A stretch of 64,000 bases of DNA from Cyanobacteria bacterium P01_A01_bin.123 (lineage in GTDB: Bacteria > Cyanobacteriota > Cyanobacteriia > Phormidesmidales > Phormidesmidaceae): contig JBCBZT010000030.1 of assembly GCA_039815185.1 (NCBI GenBank), positions 37,477 through 101,476 of the forward strand, in the 5' to 3' direction. The notes beneath the pieces were generated by a model. That model searched no databases. It was not told the origin of the DNA and was given only the letters and a program-made list of their open reading frames with translations. Positions 19,801-28,059 of this stretch are shown piece by piece (position 1 is the stretch's first letter; every line of letters begins with the position of its first letter). Position numbers and translations under genes: made by a program.

Positions 19801-21705
19801 TTAAAAATTGCGCGGATCGACAGGGTCAGTTCCGGCCTCGATCTCGGTTGGATCATCAACGCCATCACCATCCGAATCAGCCTTGTAGGGGAAGATTCCC
19901 AGAGAGACTTCTTCGCGGTTGGTAATGCCGTCCCCGTCAATGTCGTCGTCCAACGAGTCTTCGATGCCATCGCGATCGGTGTCTGCCCATCGAGTGGGGT
20001 CGTTCGGGAAACCATCGAACCCATCTTCGACTCCATCGCTGTCAGCATCCACGGCCAGCGGCACATCGACGCCAAGCCATTCGGAGGCCCCGTCGATGAT
20101 CTCACCGGCGTTCATCTGGGCAATAGCGAAATCGGTCACTTCGGTCATGTGAAAGCGGCGCTGCTCGTGAGGTAGACCGGTATGGACACCCGGTTTCCAA
20201 CCGACTGGGGTCAGGTACCGCAGCGCCCAGGCCATGCTCAGTCGATCCGTGACGGTCAGTTGCGATTGCATCGCCGTCGACAGCCAGCCGCCTGTAACCA
20301 GCAACGATAGGATCTCCTGGATCTCGCGATCCGAGTAGTAACGCCGCAATTCCTCAATATGGGCGGCGGTGGTGCGGGTCGGTAGCGGGCCGGCGTCGCG
20401 AGCAATTCGGAAGGCGGCTTTCTCGGCGTCGGTAAACAGATCAGAGCGCTCGAAATCGAAGAGGGCCTGAATCCTTTCGATCACGCCCGGAAGCACATCG
20501 GGGGGAATCCGGTCATGGGGATAATCGTCTTCGATCGCATCATATATTCCATAGGCACCGTGGACCTGGCAATGACCGCAACCGCTCGCGAGTTGGTTGA
20601 CGAAGAAGATTTTCCATTTCATCGGCAGATCAAGGGCTCGATCTGTGCTAGAGAAATACTCGTCAATTTTCACCGTTCCGAGCGAGCTCTGCCGCGTCCA
20701 TTCGGTATCAAACCGGTTGCGATCGCTCAGCGGGTACTGGGTCTCCGGCACAACCGACGGCTGGTAGTACGGGTAATCATAGGCAGCCACGTCAAACGGC
20801 GGCATCCCAGCCGGAGGCAGATTCTCAGCGTCCCAATCGGGATTTTCCCAACGGAGGTACTCCTCTGGATAGAAGTCGAACGGCTCTTCAATGCCATCCT
20901 TGTCGCCATCGAACGTTGTCGGAGAAACGTTGTATCCGGTGATGTGATTGATCCAGTCGGTTTCAAACTCGGGATCCATCGCTGCAAGATCCCCCGGTTC
21001 CCAATCCGCAATGATCTCGTTGTGCGCGGTCTCCAGGGCTTCACCCACAAACAGCGCGGCACGCTGTTCTTCAGGGCTGCTACTTTGGTTGAGTCCGGGT
21101 TCCCAGCCAACGGCAGCCAGATTTGCACTCGCCCAGTCGATCGTTTCCTGATCGGTCGGTATCGGCAGGATCAGATCGTGCGTCGCCATTGCCGCATTGA
21201 TTGCCACCAGTTCGACGAGTTCCGCGATTTGCCTGTCGATAAATTGCATGCGGAGTGCCGCGTGCGTATCAGCCGTCACGCGCGCCGGATTAATGGCCGC
21301 AACCTGGACGAACTCGAACGCGGTCCGCATGCGTTCGTCGGCGATCGACGCCACGTAGTCGGGCGACCAGATGGCAAGAATCTCATCCATTGGCACGCCC
21401 ATCAACGATAGCTGATAGGCGCTGCGCGCCTGATGATGGTTACTCCCCAGCAGGATCATCTCGTAGAGCGTTATCTTCCACTTCGTCTCGGCGTCGAACA
21501 TCGCGTCGGCGTGGATCATCATGTCGGCGATTAGCAACCCATCGTAGAAGTCACGCAGGTTGCTGACGTCGATCTTGTGTCGGTCATAATAAGGCATCTC
21601 AACATCGGCAGCAGGCGGTGGCGGCGCTACCTCGGCGAATACCGGATTCGCCATGAAGGGCTGGCTTACGAGAAGGACGGTTGCCAGCAGTGATGACAGT
21701 TTCAT
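19801..21705 (-). CDS. Secreted protein with two AhpD/carboxymuconolactone-decarboxylase-like domains and C-terminal thrombospondin type-3-like Ca-binding repeats
   Basis: Signal peptide ...PVFA; domain 2 has SGCGHCQVHG and FTDAEKAA...EELRRYYSDREIQEI; domain 1 homologous (GSNHHQAR, FIDRQIAEL); DADSDG, DTDRDG, DIDGDG, DSDGDG; visibly GC-rich. Confidence 0.75.
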   Translation of the reverse strand: MKLSSLLATVLLVSQPFMANPVFAEVAPPPPAADVEMPYYDRHKIDVSNLRDFYDGLLIADMMIHADAMFDAETKWKITLYEMILLGSNHHQARSAYQLSLMGVPMDEILAIWSPDYVASIADERMRTAFEFVQVAAINPARVTADTHAALRMQFIDRQIAELVELVAINAAMATHDLILPIPTDQETIDWASANLAAVGWEPGLNQSSSPEEQRAALFVGEALETAHNEIIADWEPGDLAAMDPEFETDWINHITGYNVSPTTFDGDKDGIEEPFDFYPEEYLRWENPDWDAENLPPAGMPPFDVAAYDYPYYQPSVVPETQYPLSDRNRFDTEWTRQSSLGTVKIDEYFSSTDRALDLPMKWKIFFVNQLASGCGHCQVHGAYGIYDAIEDDYPHDRIPPDVLPGVIERIQALFDFERSDLFTDAEKAAFRIARDAGPLPTRTTAAHIEELRRYYSDREIQEILSLLVTGGWLSTAMQSQLTVTDRLSMAWALRYLTPVGWKPGVHTGLPHEQRRFHMTEVTDFAIAQMNAGEIIDGASEWLGVDVPLAVDADSDGVEDGFDGFPNDPTRWADTDRDGIEDSLDDDIDGDGITNREEVSLGIFPYKADSDGDGVDDPTEIEAGTDPVDPRNF

Positions 21706-21709
21706 GCTC

Positions 21710-22309
21710 TCAATCCTCCTTAAAAATCTTTAGGAACATGCCATTGGGGTTGGCCGAATGGGTCGGGACTCCCTGCAGCACATCCCAGTGTTCGGCGACT
21801 TTGCCATCCGGGTCATACAAGTACATGTCGACAGCGGCCGTGCCGAGGTTCTCAGGATCGGTCGTGTCGAGGTTGCGGAAATTGACATGGGCCATGGCCC
21901 AATCGCCGACGACCATGACCTTGTGAACATCAATTTCGACAGGATATTGCGCGACCGAAGAGGAAAACAGCATGGCAATCGCCTCGGGACCATCGGGAAC
22001 CACCGTGTTGTGCTGGATGTAATCGTCGGCTAGATATTGCCGCATATTGGCGATCGAGGGGTCGGTGGACAGAACCTTGTAAATTTCAATAATCTGTTCG
22101 GCCCGCGCGCGTCCCTCGTCGTCAACCACGATGATTTCGGTGGTGAACTCACGGGGAATGGTGTTTCGGTAATTCATTCCTTGGTCTTGGGACGTCATCG
22201 GTGTAGTGCGGCCTCCCCCCGTTTCTTGTGCGCTTACGGTCATTATTGGAACTAGCATCCCGAGCAACACCATCGCGAATAAAAATAAACTGACAGTCAG
22301 TCTTTTCAT
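21710..22309 (-). CDS. Secreted SnoaL-like/NTF2-family protein
   Basis: Signal peptide; YLADDYIQHN..VPDG, VDMY...DGKVAEHWDVLQ; 4-bp gap to next gene. Confidence 0.85.
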   Translation of the reverse strand: MKRLTVSLFLFAMVLLGMLVPIMTVSAQETGGGRTTPMTSQDQGMNYRNTIPREFTTEIIVVDDEGRARAEQIIEIYKVLSTDPSIANMRQYLADDYIQHNTVVPDGPEAIAMLFSSSVAQYPVEIDVHKVMVVGDWAMAHVNFRNLDTTDPENLGTAAVDMYLYDPDGKVAEHWDVLQGVPTHSANPNGMFLKIFKED

Positions 22310-22442
22310 CGTCCCCTCCTTATAGGGATCAATTTCTTAGCGCATCATGATGAATCAGATGACCACGATTCCTGCACTTCTGCTCTCTGAAGCGTATAGT
22401 TGTGCTTAATCCTCTCAGCAAAGTTATTGAGATAGAAGGGTC

Positions 22443-23498
22443 ATGGACGCCGAAAAAGGGACTATTAATGCCAATTTCGTCAGGCCAGAGACTCTGGGCA
22501 GCATCGTCACAACGATTCTTGACTTTGCCGTCTCCCATGGGATGACGCTGGAAGAGATCGCCCAAGTAACCGACCTCTCGGCAGTCGACTATGCTCGCCT
22601 AGACAGCCGCATATCGGATGATGCAGTGGCAAAACTGATGAGCGTGATTGCTAAGCGGTGGCCGGATAAAGCGATTTCGATGGAAATTGCCCGTTCTGCT
22701 CCGTTTACGATGCTTGGTGGCTTAGCCAAAGGGGCTCAGTTTGCCAATGACGTTGAGGCTATGCTTGGGTGGTTTTTGACCAATCAAACGATTATTGCCG
22801 ACCAGTCGGCAGTACATCTTGAGCAAGCGGAGTCAGAGGTGGCGATGGTTGTTGCTCATCCTTGTGAGAATCAGGATCAGGGGATGTTGCTTGAAGCGGT
22901 CACGGGTTTAGTTTGGCGATTATTGAACGAGAGCACCGATTTAGAGATATCGCTATTAAGGGTAGAGCTCGCGAACGCCAAGCCTGTGCCGATGGCAGCC
23001 TACGAATCATTTTTCCAAGCACCCGTTTCATTTCAGGCGGGCTGCAATGCGCTGGTCTTCTCACGAGACAGTCTCAGCGCGCCGGTTCGCGATGCTAATC
23101 CTCAAATGTTCAGTTTTGTCGATCGCCATTTTGCGGAGCTGCGCCAACAATTGGGGGGCGATCGCTATCCGATTGCCCTTGCTGAGCTTCGTCGAGGCAT
23201 TATGGAAAACGCAGCACAGGGTGAATATGGGGCGGGGGCAGCCGCGGCTAGCGCCAATATCAGTCTCCGCACCGCACAGCGTTTAGCCAAACGGCACGGG
23301 ACGTCTTTGAATGCACTCATTGACGAAATCCGCTTAGCCAACGCGAAAAGTTTTTTAGGTGATCCTGAAATCGACATTGCAACTGTTGGACAAATTGTCG
23401 GATATGCTGATGTCCGGGCATTTCGTCGAGCATTCAAACGCTCGACGGGCCTCTCTCCTAAAGAATACCGAAAAGAAACACTAGGCGAGAAACAATAA
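22443..23498 (+). CDS. AraC family regulator (OruR/VqsM-like, Arabinose_bd_2-type N-domain)
   Basis: YESFFQAPVSF..NAL; SLRTAQR; VGYADVRAFRRAFKRSTGLSPKEYR. Confidence 0.9.
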   Translation: MDAEKGTINANFVRPETLGSIVTTILDFAVSHGMTLEEIAQVTDLSAVDYARLDSRISDDAVAKLMSVIAKRWPDKAISMEIARSAPFTMLGGLAKGAQFANDVEAMLGWFLTNQTIIADQSAVHLEQAESEVAMVVAHPCENQDQGMLLEAVTGLVWRLLNESTDLEISLLRVELANAKPVPMAAYESFFQAPVSFQAGCNALVFSRDSLSAPVRDANPQMFSFVDRHFAELRQQLGGDRYPIALAELRRGIMENAAQGEYGAGAAAASANISLRTAQRLAKRHGTSLNALIDEIRLANAKSFLGDPEIDIATVGQIVGYADVRAFRRAFKRSTGLSPKEYRKETLGEKQ

Positions 23499-23926
23499 AC
23501 AAGTATTAGGGCGCTGCATAATCGAGGCAGAAATTAATTTGTGGATGGGTTAACGACCTGTTGCACCTTTGCAAAAGACGTCCCGATAAGGCCGGGGGGG
23601 AGGGACGGGTGGGGATATAAATCAACTACGACAAACACAACGAGAATAGCAAAGGCGAGCCTACTGTACTTGATGGGTGCTGCAAACATCGGGGAGACTC
23701 CTGAATCACTTGGACTCGTGAATGGGCTTCTTCTAGATGTTTTTCTGATTCGCCTTGACTTATTCAGCTCGTAGCGAGGGAATTAACGCACGGCTAGCGG
23801 TGTTTGGCAAGAGATTTATCCAATTCACTATCGAATTCACTGATGGATGCAATTCAATCCCCAACTTGTTTGTTACCTGGGCAGTGCTTACCGTGATGAA
23901 ACACTGTCTATTCAAGGGGATCCATC

Positions 23927-24838
23927 GTGAAAAATCGTCATCATCAGGGCATTGGGGTCTTGATTCTGACCACCTTAATGTGGGGTACGTCCTTTCCATT
24001 GCAGAAATATTTGGTTGACACCCTTTCCCCTGGGGTGATCTTGACGGTTCGATTTGCCGTGGCCGCGATCGCGTTTGCGCCTTGGCTGCGGCAGTTAAAT
24101 CCCCGCCTGCTCCGTGATGGCGTTTTGTTGGGCAGCCTTTATTTTGCAGAGTGTACGGTTGCGTTAATTGGGCTTGAATCCATTTCAGCCAATCGGGCGG
24201 CGTTCATTATTAGCCTCAACGCCATTTTGGTGCCGCTGTTGTCGGGTACGGTTTTGGGGCGCAATTTACCGAGGCGGGTGGCGATCGCCGCTGGACTAGC
24301 GGTTTTAGGCATTGGCATTATGTCCTGGGAAGGGGGCGGGCTCAGCCAGGGTGACCTGCTAACGTTTATTTGTGCCTTGGGCATTTCAGTCTATATTTTG
24401 CTGCTAGAAGCGATCGCCCCTCGCCATGCCACCCTACCGCTGACGGCAATTCAACTGTGGGTGATGACACTGCTGAGCTTAGCTTGGGCCATGCCCCAAT
24501 TGGTGAACCAATTTGAAACCATGACAACCCATTTCAACATTTTGCTTTACTTGGGTTTAGCGGTTACGGCGACGCCGATTTGGGCACAAGCCTTTGCCCA
24601 ACGCTGGGTGGCAGCCTATGAAGCGGCGCTGATCTATACGCTTGAACCTGTGTTTGCAACTCTGCTCTCGTTCTGGCTCTTGGGAGAAACCTTGGGCTTC
24701 CGGGGGCTCGTTGGGGCAGGGACTGTGTTGTTGGCAATGATGCTGAGTCAAAATGCCCATAAAGGAATAGTCCGGCTGGTTACCAGGGTTAAGCTCAAAG
24801 TGCCGGGTGATCCACGCACTGAGGGGGTATCGCGGTAG
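23927..24838 (+). CDS. DMT/EamA family transporter
   Basis: LMWGTSF, two EamA-like repeats, IYTLEPVFA. Confidence 0.9.
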   Translation: MKNRHHQGIGVLILTTLMWGTSFPLQKYLVDTLSPGVILTVRFAVAAIAFAPWLRQLNPRLLRDGVLLGSLYFAECTVALIGLESISANRAAFIISLNAILVPLLSGTVLGRNLPRRVAIAAGLAVLGIGIMSWEGGGLSQGDLLTFICALGISVYILLLEAIAPRHATLPLTAIQLWVMTLLSLAWAMPQLVNQFETMTTHFNILLYLGLAVTATPIWAQAFAQRWVAAYEAALIYTLEPVFATLLSFWLLGETLGFRGLVGAGTVLLAMMLSQNAHKGIVRLVTRVKLKVPGDPRTEGVSR

Positions 24839-24955
24839 CGACAAAGCTTTGTGCGCTACCGTGAGCCAGATTGCTTGTAGACTCAGCATCCTGGCGATAC
24901 TCGGTGCATTTAGCAATCTGGCCAGCGCTATAGCTAGCAGTTCTATGGGGTTACC

Positions 24956-25882
24956 TTGCCTATGCGTTTAGTCGTACTGGATTATCTAGAACTCTCTGAT
25001 CGCGATTGGCAACGCCTCCATGACCTGATCGAAGTCGTTACCTACGACACGGCCCCGCAAAACGAGGCAGAAACGGTTTCCCGGTTGGCAACTGCAGATG
25101 TGGTTGTCGTTACCGCTGCCACTACCCTCAATGACAACGTTATTAGCCACCTGCCGCAGCTCCGCTGTATTTTGATTCCTGGGGTAGGCACTGATCACGT
25201 AGATTTAGAGGCCGCACAGACCCAAGGCATTGAGGTGCTCAACTGCCCCACCTACGGGGCCAATGCGGTAGCTGAGTTTACGATGGGATTGATGTTCGCG
25301 ATCGCCCGTCGTCTCAGCTTTGCCCATCACACGTTAAAAACGGGTCAGTGGACGCCACAAATCATGCAGGGCAGTGAACTTAGCGGTCAACGCTTGGTGC
25401 TGATTGGGGCAGGTCACATTGGTCAGGCGGTGGCTCAAAAAGCGATCGCCCTTGGCATGCAAATCAGCATTGCTACCTCACAAACTAAACTAGAGCAACT
25501 CGATAGCCTGATCGCTGCCGCCGATTTTCTGAGCCTGCACTTGCCCTTAACCCAAGCCACCCACCATCTGATTGATGCTCGTCGGTTAGCCCTAATGAAA
25601 CCAACCGCCTACCTGATTAACACCGCCCGAGGTGGGGTCGTTGATAGCGCTGCATTACTGGCAACACTCCAGGCTAAGCAGATTGCCGGAGCCGCCCTAG
25701 ATGTCTTCGAAGCAGAACCTGTGCCCGGTTGCCCTAACGACACCATTCTGGCCCTGGCTCAGCAAGATAACGTGATTGCCACCCCCCATATTGCCTACAA
25801 CACCGATACCGCGATCCACAGGTTGGGGCAAGAGCTGATAGAAAAACTGGAAAGCTACCTACTCAAAGGGCCAAGTCAATGA
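24956..25882 (+). CDS. D-2-hydroxyacid dehydrogenase (phosphoglycerate/glycerate DH-like)
   Basis: GAGHIG, SLHLPL, LINTARGGVVD, AALDVF..EP, TPHIA. Confidence 0.9.
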   Translation: MPMRLVVLDYLELSDRDWQRLHDLIEVVTYDTAPQNEAETVSRLATADVVVVTAATTLNDNVISHLPQLRCILIPGVGTDHVDLEAAQTQGIEVLNCPTYGANAVAEFTMGLMFAIARRLSFAHHTLKTGQWTPQIMQGSELSGQRLVLIGAGHIGQAVAQKAIALGMQISIATSQTKLEQLDSLIAAADFLSLHLPLTQATHHLIDARRLALMKPTAYLINTARGGVVDSAALLATLQAKQIAGAALDVFEAEPVPGCPNDTILALAQQDNVIATPHIAYNTDTAIHRLGQELIEKLESYLLKGPSQ

Positions 25883-25911
25883 CGCCATTCATTTCCTAAA
25901 GCCAAGCTACA

Positions 25912-25966
25912 AATCAGACCCCACCCATCTTCCCGTTCACAAAGCGAGGTGTCGCAGGCGGAGGGG
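25912..25966 (+). repeat. 55-bp short dispersed repeat, copy 1 (copy 2 at 40235-40289)
   Basis: 44/55 identical by manual alignment. Confidence 0.7.
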
Positions 25967-25975
25967 GATTCATCC

Positions 25976-26320
25976 TTATTGCCGACTGCTGAGGCTGAAG
26001 GCACGGAAATATTGGGCTTGCTCTTCGATCCGGGTGGCTAAGCGATCGCACACAAGACCACACAGCTCAAAAATCAGATCATCAGTGACACTATAGTAAG
26101 CTGAAGTGCCTTCAGTGCGTCGGGTCAAAATTCCCGCCTGCAGCATCACCTTCAAGTGCTTTGATACATTGGCTTGGCTTGTTGCGGTGCCCTCTACCAG
26201 ATCTTGGACGCACTGCTCACCCTCTCTTAACAGATTCAAGAGCCTAAGACGCATGGGCTCGGCCAGGACGCTAAAATACTCAGCGACCTGACAAACCACT
26301 TCTGTGGATACAGGCTCCAT
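25976..26320 (-). CDS. ArsR/SmtB family transcriptional regulator
   Basis: LAEPMRLRLL, SQANVSKHLKVM..AG. Confidence 0.9.
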   Translation of the reverse strand: MEPVSTEVVCQVAEYFSVLAEPMRLRLLNLLREGEQCVQDLVEGTATSQANVSKHLKVMLQAGILTRRTEGTSAYYSVTDDLIFELCGLVCDRLATRIEEQAQYFRAFSLSSRQ

Positions 26321-26674
26321 GAATATTCACTCCAGTACTGCGATATGAGGTGATCCCCGCTATTCTAGCAGTCTGATGTCAGATAGCAATGTGGCTGACA
26401 TGCAAGACTGTAAAAAAACGATGAGTATTTTGCATAACCCCCATAAGTTCGGTATACCAAATTACCAAAGTTTAGGTTGCTCCCCCCTAGGGTAAGGGCT
26501 ATAGAGCAAAGCCTATAGAAGGAATTTTCGGCTTTAGCCCTATTGCCGAAAGCACTGAGCATCACTGAACAGTTTTGTGAGAGATTCATAGGGCCAAAGC
26601 CGCACAAGCTTCGAGTAAGGCATTGTGGTAATTGCTGTGTATATCGCAAGGCTTAAAAGCCTGGAGAAATGTGA

Positions 26675-27475
26675 ATGGTTTCATCTGAGTACGGGGGAAG
26701 TTTGGGTAAGGTCTATTTAGTTGGTGCTGGCCCTGGGGATCCAGGACTGCTAACGCTCAAGGGCAAAACCCTACTAGAGCATGCCAATGCAGTGGTGTAT
26801 GACGCCTTGGTCAGCCCTGAAATTTTGGCCATGATTGCCCCCGAAGCAGAACGCATCCATGCAGGCAAGCGTCGGGGACGCCATTCTTTACCCCAGGCTT
26901 CAACGACTCAATTGTTGAACGATCTCGCCCATCGCCACGCTGTTGTCGTGCGCTTAAAAGGTGGGGATCCCTTTGTATTTGGGCGCGGTGGTGAGGAGAT
27001 GGAGGATTTGGTGCAGGCAGGAATCTCTGTTGAGGTGGTTCCTGGCATAACTTCAGGCATTGCCGCTCCAGCCTATGTGGGGATTCCGGTCACCCACCGT
27101 CATCACAGCTCTTCGGTAACCTTTGTGACTGGCCATGAAGCGGCTGGAAAGTATCGCCCAGAGGTCAATTGGCAAGCGATCGCCCACGGCTCTGAAACAA
27201 TCGTGGTGTACATGGGGGTGCACAATTTGCCCCACATCACGTCAGAACTGATGGCGGCTGATTTGAGCCCTGAGACCCCCATCGCGCTAATTCGCTGGGG
27301 CACACGCCCTGACCAAGAAGTGCTGGTGGCAACCCTGGCAACTGTGGTTCACAAAGTTGCAGAGACTGGGTTTGAAGCCCCTGCGATCGCAGTGATCGGC
27401 AATGTCGTGGACTATCGACAACAGCTAGCCGCGATCGCAGATACAGCTCAATTCGTTCCGGGTCTGCCCTTGTAG
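26675..27475 (+). CDS. cobA: Uroporphyrinogen-III C-methyltransferase
   Basis: VYLVGAGPGDPGLLT, RLKGGDPFVFGRGGEE, VVPGITS. Confidence 0.95.
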   Translation: MVSSEYGGSLGKVYLVGAGPGDPGLLTLKGKTLLEHANAVVYDALVSPEILAMIAPEAERIHAGKRRGRHSLPQASTTQLLNDLAHRHAVVVRLKGGDPFVFGRGGEEMEDLVQAGISVEVVPGITSGIAAPAYVGIPVTHRHHSSSVTFVTGHEAAGKYRPEVNWQAIAHGSETIVVYMGVHNLPHITSELMAADLSPETPIALIRWGTRPDQEVLVATLATVVHKVAETGFEAPAIAVIGNVVDYRQQLAAIADTAQFVPGLPL

Positions 27476-28053
27476 TCGTCTCCTAATGCATCTGGAACCT
27501 CACCATTGCCAGCAATGCGTCGTTCCCCCCCGAACAGCAATAACCAAATCACCACGATCACCCAATGCAGCAGCACTGGAGGCCATAAGGAACCGCTTAG
27601 CCCGTAGGCCAGGGTACAAATTCCTCCCAAAAGCCCAGCTAAGGTCAGAAAAATGGGATCAAAAAAGGTGGTGCGTCGGGTGGGGAAAAAGACAATGGCA
27701 TTTAGGGGGTGGGACACAATAAAAACCCCTAAGCTAACTAGCCCCCACGCAAAAAACGCTGAAATCGTAGCTCCTTCGCTGGGATGGGGCAACCACAGCA
27801 CCCGAAACAGCACCTCCTCAAAGACGGATGGAAAGATCAAGGCCACTAAGATAGCAGTCGCGATCACTTGCCAATCTCGAATCGGTTCCCAAACCAAAAA
27901 GCCCTGCCATAGACCCACGGGAATGGCCACCGCTGCGTAACCCCCTAACAGCGCTATACTCAAGGCCCAAGCGGTGAGGTCAGGCAGCGTTGTAGCAGCA
28001 GCTAGCATGCGATCGCTCAAAAGCTGCCACATTAATAGAGTGACCTCTGCCAT
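27448..28053 (-). CDS. CPBP/Abi family membrane protease
   Basis: FEEVLFR, SGSLWPPVLLHW. Confidence 0.8.
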   Translation of the reverse strand: MAEVTLLMWQLLSDRMLAAATTLPDLTAWALSIALLGGYAAVAIPVGLWQGFLVWEPIRDWQVIATAILVALIFPSVFEEVLFRVLWLPHPSEGATISAFFAWGLVSLGVFIVSHPLNAIVFFPTRRTTFFDPIFLTLAGLLGGICTLAYGLSGSLWPPVLLHWVIVVIWLLLFGGERRIAGNGEVPDALGDDYKGRPGTN

Positions 28054-28059
28054 AGGTCA

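Noticed and set aside
20515..21411. 298-aa plus-strand ORF
   Set aside because: Antisense shadow of the GC-rich 634-aa gene with no motifs; the same applies to 17585..18097 and 19723..20175
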